DNA of 64,000 nt from Isurus oxyrinchus (GCA_026770705.1 JANJGN010000021.1:99014001-99078000); one strand, 5' to 3'; shown: positions 24,150-36,745, numbered from the stretch's first letter. The notes: generated by a model from the sequence alone, not told the origin. Numbers and translations are program-made.

Positions 24150-25140
24150 CTATGTTCCTGTCTACAAATGAGAGAAAGGCAATGCCGGAGGCACCTTAGA
24201 ATGTCCCGGAATTTGGTTGCACACATCTGTCAGCTTCTCTTGGATGAGTTGTGGCTGCAAGGACTTGGAGACAATCCCATGCCAGTGGCATTAAATGTCA
24301 CAGTCACTTAAACTTCCTTCCAGGACTCCACTGGGGGCCTATGTGGCATCTCCCAGTCAGTGACACACAAGCACATCCGGGAGGTGACAGATTCCCTGTT
24401 CAGCAGAGCACAATTGGACCTGGAATACCAGGCTGAAAGAATGTTGGGATCTGAAGCAATAACAGGATTCCCACAAGTGCAGGGAATAATTCACTGCACA
24501 CATGTGGCCTTGAGAGCTCCCTGGCAACAGCCAGCCACAGTCATCAACAGGAAAGGTTTCCACTCTTTGAAGATACAGCTGATATGTGATCACAACAGAG
24601 AAATTCTGCATGTTTGTGCTCTGTTCCCAGGGAGCTTGTATGACACCAACAATCTGACTCACTTCCAGATGCCATAGCTTTTCGAAGGACCTCAGCAATC
24701 GCAGGGCTGGCTCCTTGGGCACAAGGGATATCCCCAAACAATCTGTCTGATGACACCACTTCGCCACCCACACAGTGCTGCTGAGGAGACCGATGATGCT
24801 GCACATGTCTCCACAATGCCCACCATTGAGCAGATGACAGGCCTCCTAAAGATGAAGTTTAGATATTTGGACCGCTCAGGCGGGGCTCTCCAATACTCAC
24901 CACCCAGACTGTCCAGGATCATCATCGTGCGCTGTTCCCTGCACAAATTAGCACTACAAAGGGGGAACGTCTTGGCTGACGGAGATATGCTGGACTGAGA
25001 TGTCTCCTCTGATGATGAGGACAGTGAAGACAATGGAGATCAGAGCCAGGGATGCCGTGGAGCTACATGCAAAGGCCATTGCATTGTATGGCAGAGAGGC
25101 CCATGACAATCTGATAGCTGGCAGATTCCAGGCACAGTAA
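24150..25140 (+). mobile_element. Decayed Harbinger (HARBI1-like) transposase
   Basis: GFPQVQGIIHCTHVAL, INRKGFHSLKIQLICD, IEQMTGLLKMKFRYLDRSGGALQYSP. Confidence 0.85.
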
Positions 25141-25777
25141 GATTCCAAGACATTTACTTCACTATATGGTTTTCTATTCTCTGCAAACTGGAAGGCTCCA
25201 TCTTGGTTACAGACATGATACTTTGCTTTAAAGTACCTTGATTTATAAGAGCTGAGTTAAATTGCACAACTTAATGTCTGCCCTGCTGGTGGTTTGATCA
25301 TTTGCATGCACCAAGCTACGCTGATATACAGAGCTCTGGCGTGAAAAGCACACTTTGGAACCTGCACAGCGCTCCATTCTCCCACCGGCTCTGGCACCTG
25401 TAAGTAGAATTGAGATATTTCCCATCAATCACAAAGTCCATGTGCTTGGCAACTTGGAAACAATATCAAATCCAAACTGGGCAGAGATAAACATCTGTCA
25501 ACCTGCTCCCAGTGAGGGGCTGACCCGACAAAAACTCTTTCAGGAGAAAAAGATGTCCACAAGGAGGAGCAGCATGAGAACATCACATTGCCCCTCGAGA
25601 TCGTTCCTCAATGCAGATTTAACTTCCAAGCACATCAAGAGGAGTTAATTAGCAGCAAGCTAACGAAAGTAGATCATTTCAAATAGGTTCATGAAAGGGG
25701 ATAATTCCCAGCACCATAACGACAGGAATTAATTCCTGGCAGTTTACAGACAGAACTTAATTCCTAGCCCATGTGTG

Positions 25778-26388
25778 TGATGGACTGAGTGGAGTGACCC
25801 AGGGGTCACTGCAGAGAGATGGGCTGAGTGGAGTGACCCAGGAGTCAGTGCTGGGAGATGCCTGAGTGGAGTGACCCAGAGGTCTGTGCTGAGAAATGGA
25901 CTGAGTGGAATTACCCAGGGGTCAGTGCTGGGAGATGGGCTGACTGGAGTAACCCAGGCATCAGTGCTGGGAGATGGACTGAGTGGAGTGACTCAGGGGT
26001 CATTACTAGGCGATGGTCTGAGTGGAGTGACCCAAGCATATGTGCCAGGAGGCAGGCTGAGTGGAGTGACCCACAGGTCAATGTTGGGAGATGGACGGAG
26101 TGGAGTGACCCAGGAGTCTGTGCTGGGAGATGGACTGAGTGGAGTGACCCATGGGTCAGCACTGGCAGACGGACTGATTGGAGTGAGGCAGTGTCAGAGC
26201 TGGGGGATGGGCTGAGTGGAGCGACCCAGGGGTCAGCACTGGCAGACGGACTGATTGGAGTGAGGCAGGGGTCAGACCTGGGGGATGGGGTGCATGGAGT
26301 GGCCCATGGGTCAGCACTGGCAGATGGACTGATTGGAGTGAGGCTGGGATCAGAGCTGGGGGATGGGCTGAGTGGAGTGGCACTGGGT
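25778..26388. repeat. 39-bp minisatellite (gatggactgagtggagtgacccaggggtcagtgctggga)n next to the gene B alpha1 donor
   Basis: About 15 tandem copies visible. Confidence 0.93.
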
Positions 26389-26432
26389 ATAATGGGGTCA
26401 ATCAACAACAAGTTTTTACATTGTGATCTTAC

Positions 26433-26693
26433 CGGATGTCTGGTTTGTCATCTTCAGTATTGTATTCAGATTCTCCTTTGCTAGGTGTGAATGTGAGGTC
26501 ACCAGATCTGAGACATAGTCCCAGAATTTCACATTGAAATATTCAGCCATGAACTGCTGCCTGCGGATGCACCGACGGACATCACTGTCATAATGACCGA
26601 TTTGGACTCCATTGACCATCCCAGCATTTGTAATCTCAGGAAAATTTTCAATGCCGGAGGTTACAGTGTATATCACAGTGTGTGAGTTTGTGT
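26433..26693 (-). CDS. Gene B MHC class I alpha1 exon (open; 261 nt)
   Basis: DTNSHTVIYTVTSGIENFPE...VNGVQIGHYDS...FWD...ENLNTILKMTNQTS; ttcacag acceptor and gtaag donor; conserved N86 sequon NQT. Confidence 0.92.
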
Positions 26694-27067
26694 CTGTGAA
26701 GCAAACAGTTAAAGGGACACTTTAATAAGCACCAACATGGGCATCAGAACAATCTCACCTGAGCCTCTGATCATAATGATACCAGAAAGCTCGGGAACAT
26801 CACTGATGATGTGAAAATCACTAAATGTTTTAGTGTCTGTGACAGGTTAATAAACATTTACACACACTGACACCTGATCAAAGTGAGGCCCATCCACACA
26901 GGGACAATCTCCAATAATCCACCACTTTATCACAAGGTCAGAATGCTGTCTGATATTATGAACAGAATCTGATTAAACTGGGTCAGAATTAGATGCTACA
27001 GCCTCTCAGAACAGGGAGCAAACCCGGAATCAGAGTCACTCTGGGCTGGTCTGTTGTTGAGCGTCTT

Positions 27068-30000
27068 TGTTGTAATATGTTTTTAAGGGATAGTAACCTT
27101 ACATCACTAAAAAGGAAGTGTGTCATGTGATCCAGTTTTAGTGTTACTTTTGGCTTTGAGCAGAACGTAGCACAGCTCTGATGTCTTCACGTTTTCTATC
27201 CATGTATATCTGTTCTCATGTGCCTAGTCTTAAGAAATAAATCCACAACCTGTTTACCCAATCCCTTAGGAGTGATTGGTTCCATTATATCATTATCAAA
27301 ACACAACATGGTGTTCAGTGGTGGTCAAATAGCCTGGCAACAAGATTAAAGTATGACATGATGAATGGCTTAGATTGTACCACATGGCGTGAGATGACCC
27401 TTGGTGTTTGGGTCAGACAGCAACAAAGTCGAGGCGTTGGAGAGTTTTGAAAGTGTGCTGACTGCACAGATAAGCTTTGAAGGCACAGTGCCAGGATAGT
27501 GCTCAAATAAAGAGCTGGGAAACAGACCGATCCCTCATGGTGAGATTGCAGTGCAAAGCCTGTCAGTTCAGTGAGTGGGTCAGTGCGTCGAGAGGACCAG
27601 CGCTGGGTTCACTCCATCAGGAAAGGGGAGTGTCCAGGGGGTGGGCTGGGCTGATAGCGAGTGGGGGAAGTCAAACCAAAAAAATCCAAACATGTCATAA
27701 AGACCAGCCAGAGAAGGTTGTGATTCTAAGTGTGTCAATGTGGCTAGAGTGACACTCATCCTGGGTACAATAGGGGAAGGAAGGTCAAAGGGTTATTGTC
27801 AAAATATCCACAAAATTCCCCAGATTGAATTGGGATGCAGCTGACCCACTGCCTGAATTAAACATGTTTAAACAGTGTACAGAGCAATGGTTTCTTGATT
27901 CATGTGTCTGAACCAGACAAGCCAGCTATAAAAAAATCACCTAGCAATTGGGAATGAAGGTCTACACAGGCTGAACACATCAGGATTGACAGCAGAAGAG
28001 CTGAAAGGTCCCCAAGAGATATGGACAACATTGGAAGACAAGTTCAGAATCAGGTTAAACTTCGGTATTCATCGACGAGAGTTCATGTCATATCGACAAC
28101 AGTCTACAGAATCCATAGACCACTTGGTCAGGATATACAGAGAAAAGGGTATGTAGTGTGATTTTTCAAACACAGAGCTAGCAAACAGAATTGTCGATTT
28201 TCTGATCACATCCACTCCCATGAAAACCTTCCAGAAAGATCTGTTAGAGAAATCCAAAACATTTACCATTGGAGATCTACTCAAGGATGGACGTGAGTAT
28301 TAACTGATCCTTGCAGGTTAATAAAGCTGACAGGTCCTAAGTACATCCCCAGTTGTTGATGCACTCACTAGACCATCTAAACCTAGCAAGACATGTGGAA
28401 GCTGTGGTCTTCTCCAGACACTAAGGAAATGCCCACTTTCCAGCAATTCTGCAAGGCATTCGGCAGAAAGGGCCATTGGCAGCAGTGGTGCACTAGAGCA
28501 AAGGCTGATGCAGCTGTGAAGAGCCGTGCACAGATCCAAACAGACCGGACACAACATGCATCTTCAAGCAATAAGAATGACCATCTGGTATCCTGTCAGA
28601 AACATATACATGAGGTGATTAACAACCAGAGAATGACAATGTGCCGGATGAGATGAAGATCAGTAACACGGTTTTCACACTATCAATCTCATGGATAACG
28701 TAGATTTCATCACTTCACACGCATGGGCAAAGTTTGGATGAGAAGAAGGACCGTCTATTGGCCGAGTATGAACAATGACACAGAAGCTATCGTCAAGCAG
28801 TACAAGGCATGTCAAGAGCATGTGCCAAGTCAGCACAGAGAACCATTGATTCCACATGAAGCTCCTACCCATCCTTAGTCCAAAATCACATCCAGCCTCT
28901 TTCACGTCCATGACACTGACTTCATCATCATCATCAACTGCTTTAACAAGTAGCCCATTATTCAACAATTGCACAATACATCAAGCACAACTGTAGCACA
29001 CACACTAAATGCTATTTTCAGTTTATTTGGTGTGCCTAGAGAGATCATTCTGGATATCGGTCTGTAATTTATTGCTAAGCCATTTCAGGATATGTGTATG
29101 AAATGGAATATTGATCACACTACTTCTTCATCCCATTACCCTAGCTCTAACAGCCTAGTTGAATGAATGTTTCACCTGGTGAAATCCCTAATACTCAATG
29201 TGGACAGACCAAGCAAGATGTTACATCTGAGAGTGACCTTTACGTGCAACTATTCAATCCCTGGCAGAGCCCATGTTTGTCACACCAGTGTGTACCAGTT
29301 TACCTACTCTTACCCATTCTACTTTCTCAGAAACTAGAGGCAATGTCTTAAACTGCAAGAGAAGCTGATCAATGTGCAAGATAAAAATGCAGGCAGGGAA
29401 TTGCTAAGTTCAGAGTTGGGGCAAGTTCACATCCAGGATCCCACATAATGTACCCGGTAACCAGACGAGGTGACAAGGATTAGTTCAGGACCAAGCTCCT
29501 ATGAAGACATCAGACACAAAGGCGCAATGGTGAGGGGTAATTGAGTGCAAATCAGATCCATTCCAGCTCCTCAATCACTGTACAGTCCGACTGCATCTGG
29601 GACAAGATCCCAAATCCACACAGGAGCAACATCCAATAATGACAATCCCACAGATCACTCTGATCAATTAAAGACACCTCCAGACAAGGTGACCATGACA
29701 AGATCAGGAGGTATGAGCAGATTACCTCTACACCTTAGGGACTGATAGATACATCTGCTCTGTACACTTATGTAATGGTAATGAGACAAGAACATGTATT
29801 GTAAATAGTTCAACTTCATTGGAAGGGGGAAAAGTGTCTTAAAAAGAAATGGGGATGTTGTAATGTACCTTTAAGGGATAGTCGCTCTAACTCACTTGAA
29901 GGAAAGTGTGGCACAGTTTTAGCTTCACTTTTGGCTGCAAGGAGAAGATAGCAGAGCTCTGATGTCTTCAAGCTTTCTATCCATGTCTGTCTGCTCTCCT

Positions 30001-30089
30001 GTATCTACCTCTTCAGAAATGAATCCCAATGCATTTAGCCAATCACTTATGAGTGACTGGAGCCTTTATATCATTATCAAAACATGAAA
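27068..30089 (+). mobile_element. Internally deleted Gypsy-like LTR retrotransposon in gene B intron 1
   Basis: Diverged LTRs 27068-27308 (tgttgtaat...acacaaca) and 29856-~30089; PBS-like tggtg at 27309; purine tract 29841-29855; gag zinc-knuckle remnant (CKAFGRKGHW) and integrase remnants (FGVPREII, SHYPSSN); approximate TSD gtctt/gtcat. Confidence 0.8.
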
Positions 30090-30636
30090 GTCATGACCAG
30101 GGAACATGTGGTTTGAGTGAAATCCAGATTGAAATGAAGAGAAACAGGAATATTTGGGAGGATGAAATGTGATACCAGAGAAGGGGACAGTCACTGTATG
30201 AACAGTCTGACTGTCAAACAGGGTGATGGACAATCCACAGCAGGATATTCACTGTCCCTCACAGAGCTTTTTAATCACCCCTTTATACAGGGTCAGGAGG
30301 ATGTTGGTGGTCTGAGATAAACTGGTCTATTCAACCATGAGGGCATCACAGCTGATCCTGGGGTGGGTTAAACATGGGTTATCCTTCTCCTCCCCGCAGT
30401 GTTTTGAAGGCTTTAGACCAGGAGTGATGAAACTGTTTTGCTTCTCCCAATCGATGTGAAAATTAAAAGTGTCCATTTGAACCATTTTCCATTTGCTCCA
30501 AGCTTCTCTGCTCTCGGTGTTTCTACATCCTGCTGTCAGGAGAGTTGGACACAAATCCCATCAGAGTCTTACAGACTGTGCTGACTTCAATGGTGTAAAA
30601 TATCAGGCTGGCTGTATAACAGGCGGCTGATCAAAC

Positions 30637-30852
30637 CAAAACAAAAACAGAATTACCTGGAAAAACTCAGCAGGTCTGGCAGCATCGGCGGAGAAGAAAA
30701 GAGTTGACGTTTCGAGTCTTCATGAAGGGTCATGAGGACTCGAAACGTCAACTCTTTTCTTCTCCGCCGATGCTGCCAGACCTGCTGAGTTTTTCCAGGT
30801 AATTCTGTTTTTGTTTTGGATTTCCAGCATCCGCAGTTTTTTGTTTTTATCT
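30637..30852. mobile_element. Palindromic PLE-terminus insert
   Basis: Inverted arms joined at ~30722; 10-bp TSD ctgatcaaac at 30627-30636 and 30853-30862; empty site in the mirror arm near 33228-33237. Confidence 0.92.
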
Positions 30853-30959
30853 CTGATCAAACATCACCCATTTCAAACTCTCACCGAAAGATTCCAATTA
30901 ACCCCAGAGAGAGAGGGAGAGAGTGAGAGTGAGAATGGAGGGCTGAATTCTGTACTTAT

Positions 30960-31011
30960 CGGGAGAGACCCAGGAAAAACACAGGGAGATGGAGAAAAGG
31001 ATCAGCAACAT
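30960..31011 (-). pseudogene. Gene B leader exon (MLLILFSISLCFSWVSP), donor mutated to ATAAGT
   Basis: 52-nt signal-peptide exon, near-identical to 33073-33124. Confidence 0.88.
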
Positions 31012-31083
31012 TCTGGGAATCCACTGTCCCTGTTCCAATCAGGAGCTGGGAATGAAACACTCTGAGGGGGGAAACGAATCCTG

Positions 31084-31278
31084 TTTATAAACTGGGGAAA
31101 AACAACAAATATATCAAATTTATCGAAGATCCATTTTACTGTTTCAGTTGCACTTTGATCATTTCCTTATTATAGAACCAGAGGGTGAATGATTGGTTAG
31201 TCTCAGAAAAATACCCAATTAACTGGATAACCAGTCAGTCGTCACCTGTTACCAGGAGGATCAAACTGAGACCGGTTA
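31084..31278 (-). promoter_or_regulatory. Gene B promoter: S-like TAACCG, X1 CCTGGTAAC, X2 TGACG, Y ATTGG, CCAAT, TATAAA
   Basis: On minus strand: 31273-78, 31248-56, 31240-44, 31215-19, 31192-96 and 31084-89; order and spacing resemble the MHC SXY module. Confidence 0.7.
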
Positions 31279-31297
31279 AAATGCTGGTTGTAAGAAA

Positions 31298-31720
31298 ACA
31301 ATAACAACTTATATTTATATAGCACCTTTCACCGAATGAAACGTCCCCAAGATGCTTCAGGGGAACATTATAAAACAAAGGATGACCCTGAGTCACACAG
31401 GTCAATGCCCACAAGCTTTCTCAGGGAAGAAGTTTTTAAGAATGTTTTACAGAAAGGCTGAGAGGTGGAGGGAGAGAATTCCAGATCTATGGGCCGAGGC
31501 TGCTGAAGGCACAGCCCCCATTGTGGGTGATTATAATTCCTGATGCTCACAGAGTCAGCATTAGAGGAGGACAGATATCTCACAGGGATGTGGGGCTGGA
31601 GGAGATTACAGAAATAGGGAGGGACAAGGCTGTGGACAGATTGGAATTTTAAAATTGAGGTGTTGCTTGACTGGGAACTAATGGAGGTCAAAGAGCACAG
31701 GAGTAATTGAGGAACAGAAA
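31298..31720 (-). mobile_element. Decayed L2/CR1-type LINE 3' end
   Basis: Minus-strand tail gaaaggtgctatataaatataagttgtt. Confidence 0.5.
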
Positions 31721-31767
31721 ATGGGTCGAGTGCAGAGAGGCCAGTGTGGGGGATTCAGCCTGTTCAC

Positions 31768-31890
31768 TGCACTCCCCTCCTCTAAGTTTGACTCCCTCCT
31801 CTCATTCCCCTCCTGTTAGTTTGACTCCCTCCCCTCACTCTCCTCCTGTTAGTTTGACTCCCTCCCCTCACTCTCCTCCTGTTAGTTTGA
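31768..31890. repeat. ~32-bp tandem repeat (ctcctcctgttagtttgactccctcccctcact)
   Basis: 3-4 copies visible. Confidence 0.8.
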
Positions 31891-32079
31891 CGGTAGTGTG
31901 ACAGCCAATCACAATGGGACGGCCACCTCTACAGGAGGAAGACTGAAGCTGGCAATGGCGACATGACTGTCAGACATTGTGTGAAGAGGGACAACACCTT
32001 CCGCAGGACAGGCAGAACCTGAACAGCTGGAGGGTAGAGGAGAGGAAAGGGGGCAGGAAGGACATGGAGATCATACCTT

Positions 32080-32610
32080 CAACACAGGATTCACCAGCAG
32101 AGACGGAGCTACCTGGAGATGACTGAGACCCAGGGCCACAGGAGACTGTGACCCTTCAGGCAGAAGGTCACTGACATCTGCACCCTGTTGCCAAAGTGCT
32201 GGACCCTCACAGCGATGGCCGCTAGGTCCTTCCTGTAACCGTCAATGTTTCTGTGCCCTTTAACCTCTTCACTCCTGGCTTCTTTCTTGGATCAGCTGAG
32301 GACCTTATTGACATCTCACAAACAGCTGCCCACCACTGCATCTGGCTGGGCACTGATGCCTTCTTTCCCACAGCTGGACAGTACTTGCATTTCGCAACAG
32401 ACACAGCAGCACAGGCACAGAGGGGATTGTGTTCACCTCCATTACCGGATTCTCCCTGGTTCAGGGCACCATCCAATGTACCCAGGTGGCCATCGAGACG
32501 CCAAGTGACCTGCAGTGAAATCCATCAACAGGAACGACACCCACTCCCTCAAGTCCACCTGGTCTGTGACCACAACAAGAGCTCCTTCCATGTAATGACT
32601 GTCGTGGGGA
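32080..32610 (+). mobile_element. Highly decayed Harbinger transposase fragment in the B-C spacer
   Basis: NLFTPGFFLGSAEDLIDISQTAAHHCI..TDAFF and QVHLVCDHNK resemble HARBI1. Confidence 0.55.
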
Positions 32611-32809
32611 GTGTCAATCAGTCCCACACTTCATCTGACCCAGCTCCATCCCCACCCCCCCCCGGCTCTAAGTGGACAGGTACTTGTCTCCATATCACTT
32701 ACAGGGGCAAACCAGTGAAAATCTGAACTTTCATCACTTTCCCACCAGAGACAGCTTCCTGACCCCAAAACATACCCGGATCCGGCTTCCTGCTGAGATT
32801 TCAGCTTTT

Positions 32810-33003
32810 ACTTTCTGTTTCCCAGCCTGAATCTCACTGTGTCTGTGTTTGATCGTCCTGGTAACTCATGACAATTGACTATTTATTCATTTCATTCAAT
32901 ATTGTTCTGAAACTATCCAATCATTCACCCTCTGGTTCTGGAATCAGGAAATGATCAAGCCTTGAGATAAACAGTTTGTGTTGTTTTTCCCAGCCTATAA
33001 AAA
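32810..33003 (+). promoter_or_regulatory. Gene C promoter: ISRE-like ACTTTCTGTTTC, X1 CCTGGTAAC, degenerate X2 and Y, CCAAT, TATAAAA
   Basis: Sites at 32810-21, 32857-65, TGACA 32869-73, ATTCA 32894-98, 32917-21 and 32996-33003. Confidence 0.65.
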
Positions 33004-33072
33004 GTATTAGTTTGCTCCTCAGAGTGTTTCTTTCCCAGTCCCTGATTGGAACAGGGAGAGTGGATTCCCAGA

Positions 33073-33124
33073 ATGTTGCGGATCCTTTTCTCCATCTCCC
33101 TGTGTTTTTCCTGGGTCTCTCCCG
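33073..33124 (+). CDS. Gene C leader exon (MLRILFSISLCFSWVSP)
   Basis: ATG ~70 nt after the TATA box; hydrophobic signal peptide; phase-1 gtaagt donor. Confidence 0.9.
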
Positions 33125-33799
33125 GTAAGTACAGAATTCAGCCCTCCATTCTCACTCTCACTCTCTCTCCCTCTCTCTCCCTCTGGGGTTAATTGGAATC
33201 TTTTGGTGAGAGTTTGAAATGGGTGATGTTTGATCAGCCGCCTGTTACACAGCCAGCCTGATATTTTACACCATTGACGTCAGCACCGTCTGTAAGACAC
33301 TGATGGGATTTGTGTCCAACTCTCCTGACAGCAGGATGTAGGAACACCGAGAGCAGAGAAGCTTGGAGCAAATGGAAAATGGTTCAAATGGACACTTTTA
33401 ATTTTCACATCGATTGGGAGAAGCAAAACAGTTTCATCACTCCTGGTCTAAAGCCTTCAAAACACTATGAAGAGGGGAAAGATAATCCATGTTTAACCCA
33501 CCCCAGGATCAGCTGTGATGCCCTCATGGTTGAATAAACCAGGTTATCTCAGACCACCAACATCATCCTGACCCTGTATAAAGGGGTGATTAAAAATCTC
33601 TGTGAGGGACAGTGGAGATCCTGCTGTGGATTGTCCATCACACTGTTTGACAGTCAGACTGCTCATTCAATGACTGACCCCCACTATGGTATCACACTTC
33701 ATCCTCCCAAATATTCCTGTTTCTCTTCATTTCAATCCAGAATTCACTCACACCACATGTTCCCTGGTCAAGATGACTGATGTCATGCTGACAATCCTC

Positions 33800-34275
33800 A
33801 ATGAAAAGATCAAGAGTGGATAAGAGGAGTTGTAATGGAGAGCGGGGGGGGGGGGGGGGGGGGGCGGGGTGGGGGTGCAGGGTGGGGACTGACATGCCAC
33901 TTTACCTCCTCTCTCCTCACTGTGCAAGGCCCCAAACTCTCCTTCCAGGTGAAGCAGTGATTCATTGCACTCTTTTCAATTTAGTTCATTCTATTCGCTG
34001 CTCTCAATCTGGCCTTCTCTACAATGACAAGACCAAATGCAGACTGAGTGACCGCTTTGCAGTGCACAAGCCTAACCCTGACCTTTTGGTGAGTTGCCAT
34101 TTTAATTCACCATCCTCTTCTCATGCCCACATTCCTGTTCTCAGCCGGCTGTAATGTTCCAATGAAACCCAACACATGATGTAGGAACCACGCCTCATCT
34201 TCCAGTTAGACACTTTCCATCATTATGGAATCAACATGGAATTCAACAACTTCAGACCATGAGCCCTGTCCTCCA
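33800..34275 (+). mobile_element. Old PLE GIY-YIG fragment
   Basis: NLVHSIRCSQSGLLY...TKCRLSDRFA; homologous to the younger PLE copies. Confidence 0.7.
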
Positions 34276-35529
34276 TTATAAATTTATTTTCTCCTACTGC
34301 CAGCCTGTATCTTGATTTCATCTTTTTACTTTCAGACAGTGGATGCAGATGAAGTAGAAATGAGCATGAGTGAAATGCAGAGTAGGGAAGGGAAATAGAG
34401 CAGTCACCAACTTTTAAAAGCAGGAACCAGGATGGTAAGCCAGCAGGGGCACGACCAGTATGTTTTCAGTGTGTGAAGTCTGGGAATATGAGGGAATATT
34501 GTTGCCGTTCCAAAAAAAGCCAACAGAAGGCGATGCAGTCAGAACAGTGTCTGCAGCCATGAACGTGATCGGCCTCTGCTCAAACCTAATCGGTGAGAAC
34601 CACATTGGCTGCAAGAACAATTTGTGAAAGGAGAAAATGATGTCTTTTGTATCCCAGACACCAGGAAAAGAGATCACTGTCCTCAGGGTTAGTAGTTGGC
34701 TTCAAACACAGAGATGTCACCTAAACACAGGACAAACACCACGGTGTTGGTAAAAGGGCTTCCTGGCAAATGTTTTCATCTTCCCTTATTTACCGTTTGC
34801 TTACACAGTAAGCTGGTCACCAATGTAGTGATGGTCGGGGTCATTCTGAACTTCCCAATGCAGAGGGTCAGCCTATTGCTGGGCAGTGCCTTGTGGGGAA
34901 GAATGATATTGTTTCTAGAGGGTCTAGAACAGCCCACGGAGATGGAGCAACTGAGGGGAAGAAGCAAAATTCTGCAGCTGCAGGGGGCTGACGAAGTCCC
35001 AAAATCCCAACAGGGGACGATAGGGCCAGTAAGGGTGAAAGAGGCTAAAGGAAAGACAGTAGGATTTAAGGAGGCCAAGACCAAGGAATGTAAAGGAGCT
35101 GAGGTAAAAGCAGCAGAGGTCAAAGGGAATGTACCAGAGGTCTGGTTGGCAGGAACGGTGTTTAGGATCTAAACAAGGACAGGGAACGTACCCAAACACT
35201 ATTCCTCATGGAATCAGGAGTCAAACTTGAGTTTCCACGTGGCCCAAAACACACTGAAGACTATGGCCTGAATTTTCAGTCCTGTGACATGACCACAGGC
35301 TCAGGACAATTTCCTGCTCCACAAACCCTATCTGGGGAAAAGTGCCCTGGGAGCTAGGGTTTTGGTTCCAGGGGGTAGAGGGGAGGAGATGTTGGTGGGA
35401 GAGTGAAAATGGGAATCATGGTGGGCGACCCCAGAAAGAGTTCACAAGGTGCCGGGTGTGGAGGTGCACTGGTCAAAAAACGACCTCAGTGCTCCAGCAC
35501 TTTATAGAAGAAACCCACCCACCCCGCCC

Positions 35530-36020
35530 CACCATGGCCCCTCACACCCTCTGTACTAACTAATGCCATTCACTGACCCCACCATGGCCCCTCACACCCT
35601 CTGTACTAATTAATGCCATTCACTGACCCCACCATGGCCCCTCACACCCTCTGTACTAACTAATGCCATTCACTCACCCCACCATGGCCCCTCACACCCT
35701 CTGTACTAACTAATGCCATTCACTCACCCCACCATGGCCCCTCACACCCTCTGTACTAACTAATGCCATTCACTCACCCCACCATGGCCCCTCACACCCT
35801 CTGTACTAACTAATGCCATTCACTCACCCCACCATGGCCCCTCATACCCTCTGTGCTAACTAATGCCATTCACTCACCCCACCAAGGCCCCTCATACCCT
35901 GTGTACTGACTAATGCCACTCACTCACAACACCATGACCCCTCATACCCTCTGTACTAACTAATGACATTCACTCACCTTCCCATGGCCCATTATAGCTT
36001 CTGTACCAACTAATGCCAAC
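35530..36020. repeat. 50-bp minisatellite (accatggcccctcacaccctctgtactaactaatgccattcactcacccc)n
   Basis: About 10 copies visible. Confidence 0.95.
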
Positions 36021-36596
36021 TCTTGTCAACCCATGCCCCCCATCCACCATCCTTTTCACTTTTACCTACCATGCCAACCCACCCAGTATCCATTATGGGT
36101 ATACCTTAGGACCAATGCTGAGATTAAAGCTTTTGAGTGTCTATTGATGAATTCAGTATTTCAAAAAAACACTCGCATTGATAAGAAACTATTCACTACA
36201 TTTAACTTCCTTTATTCCATTATAAAAATAGGCATTTGAATTCATTGTCTCGCCTCAAAGAGATTATAACCACTTGCAGCTGTCAGTCAAACTATGAACT
36301 GACAGGCACCCCACTGTGATAATGAAAGGCTGTGAAATCAGCCATGCAACACTAACCCTGTAATGATCCATCACAGACTTGTGGCAACAGAGAGAAAGAC
36401 AAAAACTGATATTTTCTAATAAGGCAGAGTGTTTTTTAAATATTGAAAGTGCAGGAGGTTAAAATGCCTTGACAGCTTCACAGTCCTCTTGACGGTTCAC
36501 TTGACAGTTCTCTTGCCAGCTCCAATGAGATTGACAGTTCCAATGAGTTTATGCACTTTTTGTGCATATTCACATCTACTTTTAAAAATTTGAAAG

Positions 36597-36745
36597 GGCA
36601 CCTGACCTCTCCCAAAGCGCACCTGACCTTTCCAAAAGGGCACCTGACCTTTCCAAAAGGACACCTGACCTTTCTAAAAGGTGTCTTGGAATCATATGCA
36701 AAGGTGTTCCTTACCTCTCCAAAAGTGTACCCTACTTCTCCAAAA
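36597..36745. repeat. 21-bp tandem repeat (cacctgacctttccaaaaggg)
   Basis: About 4 good and 2 degenerate copies. Confidence 0.8.

Larger units (their letters stand above)
17956..31011 (-). pseudogene. Non-classical MHC class I paralog B, pseudogene
   Basis: Leader 30960-31011 (donor GT>AT); alpha1 26433-26693; alpha2 20160-20413 (22-nt deletion); alpha3 19780-20042 (16-nt deletion); TM 18256-18348 (24-nt deletion, TAG at 18272-18274); YxxA exon deleted; last coding exon 17956-17991. Confidence 0.93.

Noticed and set aside
25858-26484. 208-aa Trp-rich repeat ORF (WTEWSDPGVSAGR)n, superficially thrombospondin-like
   Set aside because: A 39-bp minisatellite open in several frames; intronic and antisense to gene B.
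30327-30554. 75-aa ORF nearly identical to 33310-33537
   Set aside because: Intron 1 sequence with a TTG start; identity reflects arm homology.
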